This document shows positions 48,738 through 61,804 of a stretch of 64,000 bases of DNA, piece after piece. Origin of the DNA: Lachnospiraceae bacterium. Its GTDB lineage: Bacteria > Bacillota > Clostridia > Lachnospirales > Lachnospiraceae. Numbering within the stretch: the stretch's first letter is position 1; every line of letters starts with the position of its first letter. Under the pieces are notes generated by a model. The model did no database searches. It was not told the DNA's origin and saw only the letters and a program-made list of their open reading frames with translations. Both the position numbers and the translations under genes were made by a program. The stretch spans positions 489,709-553,708 of the forward strand of contig CABJAM010000002.1 of the NCBI GenBank assembly GCA_902363555.1, given 5' to 3'.

Positions 48738-49606
48738 AAGCTCCCGGGCTCAGATCGATATTCATATTCAAATGCCGCCCGGCAGGACTCAAAGGAAAAT
48801 AAAGCCCTGCCGTCGATGCAAAAGCAGTAATACGCCCTGCAATCCAGGCTTTCCCGGATCGTCCGGGTCATGGCTCCACCCGTCGGCGCATAAAGGGGCT
48901 GGGCCTTTTTCTCAATGAGCCGGGCCGTCAATGTCATTTTGCCCTGGCGGACCATGATGGTGCCGTCCTTATTTTGAACAAGCCGGGCCCCCAGATAGGT
49001 CGCCAGACGGTACTCCTTTCCATTTAGGTAAACGATCCCGATAATTCCCGTAAAGCCCAGCGGCCCCATGGGAATATGCGCCACCGAAAGCATCAGAGCG
49101 CCGCCCTCAAAGAAGCATTGGGTCCAGGCATATTCCCTGGGAAATGAATACCCCCGGTCACCTTCAATGTAACCGAGCCCATTGTCAAAAATGTAGTCCG
49201 TTCCGTTGACCCTCAGCTTACCGTTCACCGTGTGCTGCATACTGAAAACACTGTGCCGGCATTCCATAAAGGGAACGCAGCAAAAGGGCCCCATAATGTC
49301 ATAGCGGATAGCGGACCATTTCCCCAGTCTCAGCCGCCCGGTGATTCTGAGCTTGTCCGCGGACAAATCCAGATTCAGCCCCCGGCCGCTGAAATAATTG
49401 TGGCCAATCTTTACCGCCAGCCCTTTCTTCTTCCGTTCATAATCCTCATAGGGAAATGGTATATTCCACACACCATCGGAGGTAATGACCTGCACAGAGC
49501 AGGATTTTTGGCCGCCAGACTTATGGATGGCCGGAATAAAGGCGATGGTTTTATCCGCCGACTGACACCGGAAATACCAGCCGCAAAAATAATCTTTTTT
49601 AAACAT
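48734..49606 (-). CDS. hypothetical protein, possibly tocopherol-cyclase-like (GWYFR motif)
   Basis: AAAGGAG RBS before MFKKDYFCGWYFR. Assignment is from motif recollection only. Confidence 0.45.
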   Translation of the reverse strand: MFKKDYFCGWYFRCQSADKTIAFIPAIHKSGGQKSCSVQVITSDGVWNIPFPYEDYERKKKGLAVKIGHNYFSGRGLNLDLSADKLRITGRLRLGKWSAIRYDIMGPFCCVPFMECRHSVFSMQHTVNGKLRVNGTDYIFDNGLGYIEGDRGYSFPREYAWTQCFFEGGALMLSVAHIPMGPLGFTGIIGIVYLNGKEYRLATYLGARLVQNKDGTIMVRQGKMTLTARLIEKKAQPLYAPTGGAMTRTIRESLDCRAYYCFCIDGRALFSFESCRAAFEYEYRSEPGSF

Positions 49607-49675
49607 AATAGGAACAGCTCCTTTACAATCTGTTCCTATTATTTGGCAATTATTCAATTCGTATACAAATATCTG

Positions 49676-51331
49676 CTATTTCTTCCCTGCATAATAAGCG
49701 TCAAGCTGCTCCTGATATCCCGCCAAAAACTTATCCCCACCGGCGCCCTCAAGCGCTTCAAGGAATTTGGGTATTTCCGTTTCCGGATCCACGCTTCCGC
49801 TTTCAATTCCCGGCCGGTATTGATTGATCACATTGGTAAGGGCAGTCGTTTCCATAGAATAATCCGTGCTGTCAAAGGAAAAATCCATCAGTTGGGATTT
49901 GGGCGCATCCTTTAATACCTGTTCCCTCTGTGAAAGAAGCTGCGGGTCCGTTCCCTCCCACACCTTGCGGATAAACGCATTGCCATAGAACCAGTACGTA
50001 AACGTATAATAGCCCGAGTTATCCTGGGTTACACCCTCCGGAAAGCTTATCGTGCCATCGCCATTGTCCACATAATGAACGCCCTCAACGCCATAATTGA
50101 ACAGATTTACAATGCGCTCATCGGTATACATCATATTCAGGAACTTCATGGCCGCCTCCGGCTCCTTACTGTTCTGAGTTATGCCCCAGACAAAGTTCTT
50201 AAATGTCGTAGCACTTAAAATCCCCGGGCTGATCTCCACCTGCTCCAGTTCATAGCCTGCAGCCGCTTCCTTGGACGCCAGCTCCGTGGGATTGCCCACC
50301 GTAAAGAAGGAAAATACGGTTCCGGACTTCACAAGAGCCGTTCCGGCCTCCTGAGTAATGGCCGCATCCTTATAAATCAGACCTTTATTATACCAATCGC
50401 GGACAATTTTCACCGTTTCCATATATTCATCGGAAGCGTAGGCATTGATGATCGTTTTCGCATCCTTTGCCACGTCCGCAACAGCAAACTGCAGTGTGTT
50501 GTCGCCCAAACGGTCAAACTGTACCGGATTTTCAAAACCATTCAGGAAATACTGGTCACTTGTAGTAAGAATCGCACCGCCCAGATAGGCATTGGAAATG
50601 GGTGCGATATTGGGCTCATTTTCGCGAATGACCGCCAGTACCGCTTCCATATCCGCAAAGTTTTTCACGGATCTTGCCTGTTCGGTGAGATCATATTTTT
50701 CCAGCAGATCCTTGCGCATATACCACATGATATTTTCCACCACATCATAGTATGACGGAATGCCGCGGATCTGCCCCTGATAGGTTGTTGCCTTTAAAAT
50801 ATCATCCCCAACGGTCGCCCTCAGGTCCTGCCCATATTCATCCAGCAGCCCGTCCAGACCGATAAACACGCCCTGTGCTGAAACACTGCTGTAACTGGCC
50901 GCTCCCACAGGAAACGTCAGCATGCAATCCAGTTGTTCCCCGCTGGACTGCTTTAAATTCATCTGCTGGGCATAATTTCCGATTTCAACAGTAAATAACT
51001 CCACCTCCGTATTAATTTCGGGTATAGTTATTTCATTAATAGCATCCTGGACCAGCGCCAAATCCGCAGGAACCGTTCCGTTGGTGGGATAGGCCACAAT
51101 GATATGTGCCGTATCCTCGTCGTCTTGACCCTCATCTTGAGAAGCTTCCGGTTCCAAATCCCCGGCGGCCGCCGAAACTGTTTCGGCGCTTGTTTTATTT
51201 TCCGTTTCCTGGCCCCCCTGCTTTGTTTCCGTTTTACCGCCGCCAGTCTCGCTGTTTCCGCATCCGCTCATCAACCCGATACATAATAATACGATCGCCA
51301 GTAAAGCCACTCCCCGTTTAACAATGTTCAT
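49676..51331 (-). CDS. orphan ABC-transporter substrate-binding lipoprotein
   Basis: Lipobox LMSGCGNS. About 550 aa SBP fold. AAAGGAG RBS. No adjacent permease genes. Confidence 0.85.
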   Translation of the reverse strand: MNIVKRGVALLAIVLLCIGLMSGCGNSETGGGKTETKQGGQETENKTSAETVSAAAGDLEPEASQDEGQDDEDTAHIIVAYPTNGTVPADLALVQDAINEITIPEINTEVELFTVEIGNYAQQMNLKQSSGEQLDCMLTFPVGAASYSSVSAQGVFIGLDGLLDEYGQDLRATVGDDILKATTYQGQIRGIPSYYDVVENIMWYMRKDLLEKYDLTEQARSVKNFADMEAVLAVIRENEPNIAPISNAYLGGAILTTSDQYFLNGFENPVQFDRLGDNTLQFAVADVAKDAKTIINAYASDEYMETVKIVRDWYNKGLIYKDAAITQEAGTALVKSGTVFSFFTVGNPTELASKEAAAGYELEQVEISPGILSATTFKNFVWGITQNSKEPEAAMKFLNMMYTDERIVNLFNYGVEGVHYVDNGDGTISFPEGVTQDNSGYYTFTYWFYGNAFIRKVWEGTDPQLLSQREQVLKDAPKSQLMDFSFDSTDYSMETTALTNVINQYRPGIESGSVDPETEIPKFLEALEGAGGDKFLAGYQEQLDAYYAGKK

Positions 51332-51603
51332 AAAAAAACTCCTTTCTCCAGGTAAATTTCTACTCTCAGTATATATGTCCCCGCTTCCGGAATCTTCCGA
51401 ACTTATTACCAAAATTAATGTAAAAAATCTACTCCGGAAAAGTTATTTTCTTTTTTAGTGTAAAACATCAAATAATCACATTTAATATTTGATATTTATC
51501 TGTATTGTTATGAAGCGACAAAGAGAATATCAAAAATATAGGGCCACAGCTCATAATAAATCCATAGATATATGTCCACTGTTTTTATAAAATAAACGTA
51601 ACA

Positions 51604-51634
51604 GGTAACCGTTCAGAAGGACTGAATGTTTACC
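51604..51634. repeat. palindromic intergenic repeat copy
   Basis: GGTAACCGTTCAGAAGGACTGAATGTTTACC. Confidence 0.6.
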
Positions 51635-51654
51635 CCCAAAATCAGATAAATGAA

Positions 51655-53076
51655 ATGACAAAGAAAGGGCTTGATATTATGGGAAATATTACGTATTATC
51701 CGACCGGTGTCAATATTTATAAACCGGAAAAATGCTGGAACGGCTATACCCTCTACACACTGCCCGACGACGGAGCCATCCTTATGGATATGCACGGCCG
51801 GGAAGTCCACCGCTGGAACGGCATTGCCGGGTTTCCGCTGAAAATGCTGCCGGGCGGCAGAATCATGGCCTCCACAAAGGAATTAGATAACGGTCTTCAG
51901 GATATGGAAGATTTAGTTCAGGTCGACTGGAACGGAAATATTGAGTGGAAATTCAATACGTTTGATACATGGCCGACGTCCGACAAAAATACACGGCCCG
52001 TCCTTCGGCAGCACCATGATTTTCAGCGGGAGGGCAATCCCGTGGGCTACTACGCAGGACCTGAGCTGCTTTCAAAGACAGATTCCGGAAAAACACTGAT
52101 CCTCTGCCATGAAAATGTCAACAATCCGAAAATATCAGAAAAACCTCTGCTGGACGATACGCTGATCGAGGTGGACTGGAATGGAAATATCCTATGGAAA
52201 TGGAAAGCCGAGGACCACTATGAGGAGTTTGGCTTCTGTGACGAAGAAAAGCAGGCTATTTATCATTGGCCCAACTTCGAGCCGCGCCTTGGCGTGGGCG
52301 ACTGGTTCCATATGAACTGCGCTTCCTACGTGGGCCCCAATCATTGGTATGATGAAGGTGATCTGCGGTTCCATCCGGAAAATATCATTTTCGGCAGCCG
52401 GGAGGGCTGTGTCCTGTGTATTATTTCCAGAGAAACCGGACATGTAGTATGGCGTCTGGGGCCGGATTTTTCAAAAAGTGAAGCGCTGCAAAAGATTGGC
52501 TGGATCATCGGCCAGCACCATGTTCATATCATTCCCAAGGGCCTCCCAGGTGCCGGAAATCTTCTGCTGTTTGATAATGGCGGTGCGGCCGGCTATGCAG
52601 CTCCGACACGGCAAAATCCCACAGGCAATAAGGCCTATCAACGGGATTATTCCCGTGTCCTGGAAATCAATCCGGTCACTCTGACCGTGGAATGGCAGTA
52701 CAGTGCCGCTGAAGCCGGATTTTTTGCACCCATTGAGCCCTTCCGTTTTTACAGCAAGCTGGTCAGCAGCGCCCAGCGCCTGCCCAACGGCAACACCGTC
52801 ATTACTGAGGGTGTGGACGGCCGGATTTTTGAAGTGACCAAAGCCCATGAGCTTGTCTGGGAATATACCAATCCATACTTTACGGATGATCGCGGTGGCT
52901 CCGCGTTCCGACCGCCGAAGATGAATATGATCTACCGTTCCTACCGTGTACCCTATGAATGGGTTCCACAGCTCACGCCGCCGGACGACCTGACACCCAT
53001 CCTTCCACCGGATATTTCCACCTTCCGTGTGCCTGGCGCTCCGGTTTCCCGGGAAACAAAAGCCGTCACAGTGTAG
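51655..53076 (+). CDS. arylsulfotransferase (ASST)-family beta-propeller protein (tentative)
   Basis: Repeated DWNGNIxWKW blades. No signal peptide. Confidence 0.5.
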   Translation: MTKKGLDIMGNITYYPTGVNIYKPEKCWNGYTLYTLPDDGAILMDMHGREVHRWNGIAGFPLKMLPGGRIMASTKELDNGLQDMEDLVQVDWNGNIEWKFNTFDTWPTSDKNTRPVLRQHHDFQREGNPVGYYAGPELLSKTDSGKTLILCHENVNNPKISEKPLLDDTLIEVDWNGNILWKWKAEDHYEEFGFCDEEKQAIYHWPNFEPRLGVGDWFHMNCASYVGPNHWYDEGDLRFHPENIIFGSREGCVLCIISRETGHVVWRLGPDFSKSEALQKIGWIIGQHHVHIIPKGLPGAGNLLLFDNGGAAGYAAPTRQNPTGNKAYQRDYSRVLEINPVTLTVEWQYSAAEAGFFAPIEPFRFYSKLVSSAQRLPNGNTVITEGVDGRIFEVTKAHELVWEYTNPYFTDDRGGSAFRPPKMNMIYRSYRVPYEWVPQLTPPDDLTPILPPDISTFRVPGAPVSRETKAVTV

Positions 53077-53098
53077 CCGTTCGGATTTGAACGGTTAC
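53073..53098. repeat. palindromic intergenic repeat copy overlapping the ASST stop codon
   Basis: GTAGCCGTTCGGATTTGAACGGTTAC. Confidence 0.6.
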
Positions 53099-53172
53099 GT
53101 CACAATCCATATCTCCCCGGGCTTTCAGTAAATGACTGGCAAATTCATCCGCAATCTGATAAAATAAATAAA

Positions 53173-55581
53173 ATGACACCGATTGTTTTTCCGGGGAGAT
53201 TAGCAATGAATGAATTTGCCAGCCGCACGCCCATTAAAACCTTGAATATATCCACATTAACCGGCCATACCAGCCTTAAGGCTCATGGCAGCGGTCTTAT
53301 TTTAATGCTTGAAGGACAGATTTCCGTTTATATGGACGGACAGTCTTTCACAGCAGCCGCCGATGACCTTATCTGCTTTTATGCGGGCACCATTCTCGAG
53401 CTTACAGCCATCCATGGTGCGATGACGCAGCCACGCATGATTATCGTAACTTATGAAACGGCATTTACCCAGAAATATATTTCCCATTGGGATGCCCTTC
53501 CCGCATACATTCCCAAATCTCAGGACGATCCGCTCGCTTATATCCGCCGCCTGCTGATGAAGCTGGCGTCCGCTTATTACAGGCAGGATTCTCACAGGGA
53601 ACTAAACCTTATGTGCCTCACGTTTGAAATAATGCAGCAACTGGCCATCCGTTTTGACGATAAGCTTGGTTACGGTTCAATGGCAGATAAGCAGGACCGG
53701 ACACAGCAGATCCGGCGCTACCTGCAAAGCAATTACGACCGCAGCGTAACACTGGTAGAACTGGCTGATACGCTTCACATTTCCAGCGCCTACCTCTCCC
53801 GCTATATCAAGGAGCATATGCAGATGGGCTTTCAGGAATATCTTCGCAGCATACGAACGGAGCATGCTGTAAAAGACCTGTTGTCCACCAGCGACGCCAT
53901 CACATCCATTGCCCTGAACAACGGCTTCCCCAATGTAGCTGCACTCAACAAGCAGTTTAAAGAGGTTTATGGAATGACTCCAAACCAGTACAGGCGCACG
54001 CATAATGAGACGGATACTACCGACAGCGGCGGCCTTATCGCAGATGATCATCCTCTGGAAATTCTAAACGACAGTTCCATACAGCCAATGGACGCGCTGC
54101 CGCCGGACTTCTCCGATGCAAAGGCGGTAACGTTAAAAATAAATCTGACGCCGGATAGCTGCGGACAGTTAAACTGCGCCTGGAATGACATGATCAATAT
54201 CGGCTTTGGCATTCATTGCAGTGAAATCCGCTTTCAGAACCAATTGGCGGACCTGCTGGATAAAATACACTTTAAGTATGGGCGTATCCAGGGAATATTC
54301 AAGGATATGGCTCCTATCTATGAGCGCTCCCCCGAGCTTTATCCACTGCCCAACCTGGATATTATCTTTGATTTTTTAAACCGGGTTAGACTTTTGCCCC
54401 ACATTGATTTTGCATATATATCCCAGGCCTTTACTCCGGCAAACAGCCCACAGAATTTTGAACTTATCCGCCGTTTTCTCAAATATTATATGAAGCGCTA
54501 TGGCCAAAGTGTGGTCGCAGCCTGGCGCTTTGAATACAGTATGCCCCGTTTAAATGATCAAAGTACACCTGCGCTCACGCCAAAGGCCTATGCCGCCAAT
54601 TTCAATAAGCTGGGGGCAATGCTCCATGCACTCATCCCCGGCGCCCGCCTTGGTGGTTTTGGCTGTTCACCATTATTTACCTGGTCAATAAATCAGAGTA
54701 TTCTCCAGGCTTTGAAAGATGAAGGGGCAAAACCGGACTATATCTCCCTGCATTTATGTCCGTACGAACCGTCACCGGACATTCCCCGGGAATACCCGGT
54801 GCTGACTTCAAGCCATCAATTTTTCAAGGATTACATCCGGAAGCTCAAAGAGATACTATGTGCCTGCCAATATGAGCACCTGCCGCTTCTGGTCACCAGT
54901 CTGAAAAATGAACTGGGTTCCGGAGCGTACGCCAACGACTCCGCTTATATGGCGCCTTTCCTGTTTAAAACCTACTGTGAAATTTATTCCCAGGTGGATG
55001 GCATCGCCTATACAACGTTTTCGGACATTGCCCTTGAAAATCCTGAGGAAAACCCGTACTTTTCGGGCGGCAGCGGTATCATCACCCCGCATCATATAAG
55101 AAAGCCGTCGTGGTTTTCCCTGTTTATGCTGGCCAAAGCATCCCCGCGTATCCTGCACCACAGCGAACACTGCTTCATCACATCTATGGACGCTTATTCA
55201 TGCCAGATACTTATGTACAACTTTGTGCCCTACACTGACGCATACTGTCTGAATAACCATAAAAAGTACGCGCTGCCCCAGACTTATCAATGTTTTGCGT
55301 CCGGACAGGATCTGACCTTTATCTTTGATTGCTCCAAATGGCCAGGCGGCCCGTACCGCCTCCAGAAATTCCGTATGGGCAGAGACTGCGGAAGCGCTCT
55401 GGACGAATACATGCGGCTGGGCATCCGGGATGATATGCTGCCGATTGAACTGGATTACTTAAAAGGCCGGGCCAATTTGAACATTGAGGTGGAATATCCG
55501 GTATTTGATGAAAATACGGAGCTGTCCATCACTTTAAAGCCTATGGATATTGCAGTGTTTGTGTTATACCTCATAACGTAA
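53173..55581 (+). CDS. AraC-family regulator fused to a large C-terminal glycoside-hydrolase-like (GH39-like) domain
   Basis: Cupin-like N-terminus, AraC HTH (aa 170-280), then an enzyme-like domain of about 520 aa. Confidence 0.7.
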   Translation: MTPIVFPGRLAMNEFASRTPIKTLNISTLTGHTSLKAHGSGLILMLEGQISVYMDGQSFTAAADDLICFYAGTILELTAIHGAMTQPRMIIVTYETAFTQKYISHWDALPAYIPKSQDDPLAYIRRLLMKLASAYYRQDSHRELNLMCLTFEIMQQLAIRFDDKLGYGSMADKQDRTQQIRRYLQSNYDRSVTLVELADTLHISSAYLSRYIKEHMQMGFQEYLRSIRTEHAVKDLLSTSDAITSIALNNGFPNVAALNKQFKEVYGMTPNQYRRTHNETDTTDSGGLIADDHPLEILNDSSIQPMDALPPDFSDAKAVTLKINLTPDSCGQLNCAWNDMINIGFGIHCSEIRFQNQLADLLDKIHFKYGRIQGIFKDMAPIYERSPELYPLPNLDIIFDFLNRVRLLPHIDFAYISQAFTPANSPQNFELIRRFLKYYMKRYGQSVVAAWRFEYSMPRLNDQSTPALTPKAYAANFNKLGAMLHALIPGARLGGFGCSPLFTWSINQSILQALKDEGAKPDYISLHLCPYEPSPDIPREYPVLTSSHQFFKDYIRKLKEILCACQYEHLPLLVTSLKNELGSGAYANDSAYMAPFLFKTYCEIYSQVDGIAYTTFSDIALENPEENPYFSGGSGIITPHHIRKPSWFSLFMLAKASPRILHHSEHCFITSMDAYSCQILMYNFVPYTDAYCLNNHKKYALPQTYQCFASGQDLTFIFDCSKWPGGPYRLQKFRMGRDCGSALDEYMRLGIRDDMLPIELDYLKGRANLNIEVEYPVFDENTELSITLKPMDIAVFVLYLIT

Positions 55582-55628
55582 CCGAAAGCGCTGTGGAAAA
55601 TAAACGCAGCAAAATAGCATGTTCACCG

Positions 55629-55656
55629 AAACAGTTCAACCTGTCTGAACTATTAC
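55629..55656. repeat. palindromic intergenic repeat copy
   Basis: AACAGTTCAACCTGTCTGAACTATTACG. Confidence 0.55.
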
Positions 55657-55738
55657 GATTCATCGAAAGGGCCGGGATATGCATCACAGCACATCCCGGC
55701 CCCTTTATCCTTTGTAAAATAGCGTTGCTTTTGATGGC

Positions 55739-55912
55739 CTAAAGGCCAAATTCCTCAAACAGCTTCTGCTGGTACTCTTTATCGCCGGCGGATTTAATGA
55801 TATCCTCCACACGATTATTTTCCGCAAGAATCATATTCAGACGGTTTACCCGCTCCTGACCTTCGTCCTTGCCTTCCATGCGTTCTTCCTTCATCATCTC
55901 TTCCAACAACAT
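55739..55912 (-). CDS. small hypothetical protein (57 aa) with an Rpn-C-terminal-like motif
   Basis: GGGAGG RBS before MLLEEMMKEERMEGKDEGQERVNRLNMILAENNRVEDII... Confidence 0.35.
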   Translation of the reverse strand: MLLEEMMKEERMEGKDEGQERVNRLNMILAENNRVEDIIKSAGDKEYQQKLFEEFGL

Positions 55913-56220
55913 AAACTTCGCCTCCCAGTTCCGGTTCCGTTTGATTGCAGCCATCCTCAAGCGGAAAAAACACATATGTATTCAGCAGCTCCTCATAGGC
56001 TTCGCCAGTCATCCTCCTGTTTTAAGAGGAATCCTGTACATCTATTATACGCGAAACTATTGAATGTATGCAACAAAAATATCAATAAAACGCATTATTC
56101 TTACACTTCCGTAAGTTCACAAAATGCCATCTTCCCTTTGCGACGCGTTGTTTCACACACATGGCCCCCCGGATATTTCCGGGAGGCCATATTTTTATTA
56201 TTTGTGATCCATTTCCGCCC

Positions 56221-59409
<3,189 letters not shown>

Positions 59410-59618
59410 TTAAAATCGCTGCGCGATGGACCATATGCCCGTAAAATTCACGTTTTTGTACGTCTGCACAAAAATGCGCAGACTTGTCTGAACGGTTACC
59501 ATATTTACGCAATGCCGATGATTTATACGAGTTATTTTCTTTATTATATTAAATTTAAGGGGTTTATAAAATGGCTGAGATGGTTTATAATTTATCCAAA
59601 ATGGTATGAGGTGATTGG

Positions 59619-60461
59619 ATGGCGGAGAAGTTTGTTAAAAATGTAGTGTACCGGTGCATCGGCAATGATTTCAACGAAGGAGTTATAGCCTGTGGCTATA
59701 TGCCCAAGCCCACAGCAGAAAGCAATCAGGAAAACTTTGTTATCGGCTATTACAGCGCCTTTTTGCTGCTTTCCGGTTCCGGCACATATATGGACAGCGA
59801 CGGACACACCACCGCCATAGCCGCCGGAGATTTTGTGCAAAGGCGGCCCGGCCGTATCCACACGACCCGTATCCATCCGGACGGCACGTGGCTGGAATTT
59901 TTTGTCTCCTTTGGGAAATCCGTTTATGAGTATATGCAGCGTCTGAACCTGCTTCCTCAGGATGATGTGACACATTCCGGATATGATATCACGCGGCACC
60001 GGGATTTTGATAGTCTTATATCCCGCCTGCGATCAACCAGGGAGGACGCGCTGGGGATGCTACTGCCCGATATCCAAAAGCTGGCTCTGGAAATGGCCCA
60101 GCCAGTGCTTGTTCCAACCGAAAAATCCACAGGCGTGTTGATCCAATCGGCCTGCGACGCTCTTTCTTCCGGCTTTTCTGAAAATATATCTCTGGAGGCT
60201 TTAAGCCGGGAGTATCATATGAGCTATGAAAGTTTTCGCAAGCTGTTTAAAAGCATTACCGGAAGCTCGCCGGCCAGGTATCGCTGTGAACAGCGGATGA
60301 AGCACGCACGGCTTTTGCTGAGCTCCGGCATCAGCATCAAAGAAACGGCTGAGATGGTGGGGTATGGGGATATTTATGCGTTTACGAAACAATTCACAAA
60401 AACGGTGGGGATGCCGCCGGGAAAATATATACGGCAGATTCGGGAAAATGCAACCTCTTAA
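59619..60461 (+). CDS. AraC-family transcriptional regulator (divergent from lacZ)
   Basis: Cupin N-terminus plus AraC HTH. GAGGTGA RBS. Confidence 0.9.
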   Translation: MAEKFVKNVVYRCIGNDFNEGVIACGYMPKPTAESNQENFVIGYYSAFLLLSGSGTYMDSDGHTTAIAAGDFVQRRPGRIHTTRIHPDGTWLEFFVSFGKSVYEYMQRLNLLPQDDVTHSGYDITRHRDFDSLISRLRSTREDALGMLLPDIQKLALEMAQPVLVPTEKSTGVLIQSACDALSSGFSENISLEALSREYHMSYESFRKLFKSITGSSPARYRCEQRMKHARLLLSSGISIKETAEMVGYGDIYAFTKQFTKTVGMPPGKYIRQIRENATS

Positions 60462-60704
60462 AACCTCCGGAATTTCTTCTGGAGGTTGTCATAACACATC
60501 GACATAAAAAGTATAGACAACGGTTTAGCCCTTGATATATCGCTCCTCACAGGTGTATTATGGTAAACCTACCCGATTGGGCCCGATTGCTGTCGACTTT
60601 TTCCTATTGACGTCGCCCACTTATGGAATTATGATAATTATACAATATCATTCAACTTTCCCGATATATTGTAATATTATTTTCCCAACTAATGCATATT
60701 AAAA

Positions 60705-60734
60705 GTAACAGTTCAGCCATTCTGAACTGTTACC
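60705..60734. repeat. palindromic intergenic repeat, a near-perfect copy
   Basis: GTAACAGTTCAGCCATTCTGAACTGTTACC. Confidence 0.7.
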
Positions 60735-60771
60735 ATTTGAATGATTATTGCCCATATTGCATTTTATGATG

Positions 60772-60947
60772 TTGGGGTCAAAAGGTCTTTTGACCCCTGA
60801 TACCTACGGATTTCTCCGCACTTCGTGCTCCCGAAATCCTAAAAACATTCGAAATCCGCCCTATTCGGGCTACTTTCTCATGTTTTGCGGGTCCCAAGGT
60901 CATACAATTGCATGCAAACATGCATTGTATGACCTTTTGACCCTGGT
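60772..60947. repeat. complex inverted-repeat structure, MITE-like or structured-RNA-like
   Basis: Terminal inverted repeats GGGGTCAAAAGGTC (60772-60785) and GACCTTTTGACCC (about 60923-60935). Internal palindromes GGGGTCAAAAGGTCTTTTGACCCC and GGTCATACAATTGCATGCAAACATGCATTGTATGACC. TGATACC / GGTATCA pairing. Confidence 0.5.
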
Positions 60948-60989
60948 ATCATTTTATATAGCGCGCATATAAAATGTCGGATCTGCGGT

Positions 60990-61019
60990 CTTACAGTTCA
61001 CTTTGCCTGAACGGTTAAG
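60990..61019. repeat. palindromic intergenic repeat, a degenerate copy at the TetR stop
   Basis: CTTACAGTTCACTTTGCCTGAACGGTTAAG. Confidence 0.5.
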
Positions 61020-61617
61020 ACTTTTCATCGCCATGCATCGAATCTACCACAACCTTGCTCTGCCGTATAAGATTAGCCACCACGGCAATCTCCTCAGCCG
61101 ACAGGTTCTCATCGCTTTCCAGCCAATACCGCATCAGCGACAATGTGGCGCCCACCACATATTCCACGACATATTTGCGCAGATAATCATTGAGCATCCC
61201 ATCCTCATCCATCATACGGTTAATGTCTATTTTCAGCCGCTTGCGCAGCTTATACTCAAACGATGGATCTCCGGTAGGTCCGAGAAGTATCCGCAAATAT
61301 TCCCGATGCTCGCGGCAGTATTCGAACCACTTAATATTACTATTATAAGGCTCAAGAGCACTTTTTTCCAGAATGTCTCCGGAATACTGCTCAAAATAGG
61401 CGCCAAGGCCTGCCTGCAGCTCCTCCTCAACCGACTCAAGAACACTGTAAACGCTGTCAAAATAAACGTAAAATGTACTTCGTGTCACACCGGCGTCCGT
61501 GGCTACCTGGCGTACCGTAATCTTTTCCAGAGGACTTTTCTTATATAACTTCATAAAAGAATCCTGAAGTTTCCGTCTGGTCCGCTCCTGTTTCTCCTTA
61601 TTTGGCCCTGTCTGCAT
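61015..61617 (-). CDS. TetR/AcrR-family transcriptional regulator
   Basis: N-terminal TetR HTH (ITVRQVATDAGVTRSTFYVYF). GGGGGGAG RBS before MQTGPNKE. Confidence 0.85.
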   Translation of the reverse strand: MQTGPNKEKQERTRRKLQDSFMKLYKKSPLEKITVRQVATDAGVTRSTFYVYFDSVYSVLESVEEELQAGLGAYFEQYSGDILEKSALEPYNSNIKWFEYCREHREYLRILLGPTGDPSFEYKLRKRLKIDINRMMDEDGMLNDYLRKYVVEYVVGATLSLMRYWLESDENLSAEEIAVVANLIRQSKVVVDSMHGDEKS

Positions 61618-61717
61618 AAAGCTCCCCCCTGTTTTTTTACCCACAATTTCCCGCTTATCGCTCAAAATATTCTTAAATCAGACACATTTTCTATTCTTGT
61701 CTAATTCACACAACTGT

Positions 61718-61730
61718 TTCAGATTCTGAA
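61718..61730. promoter_or_regulatory. candidate TetR operator palindrome TTCAGA-T-TCTGAA in the divergent promoter
   Basis: Perfect 6-1-6 dyad between the TetR gene and the hydrolase gene. Confidence 0.4.
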
Positions 61731-61804
61731 CTTTACTATTTGAACAAATTATACTATATTCATAATATGAAATCAATGACTATATCGAAAGGAGGCGTTC
61801 TTTT

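Noticed and set aside
60748-60972. 74-aa ORF across the inverted-repeat structure
   Set aside because: It reads through nested palindromes. More likely a non-coding structured element.
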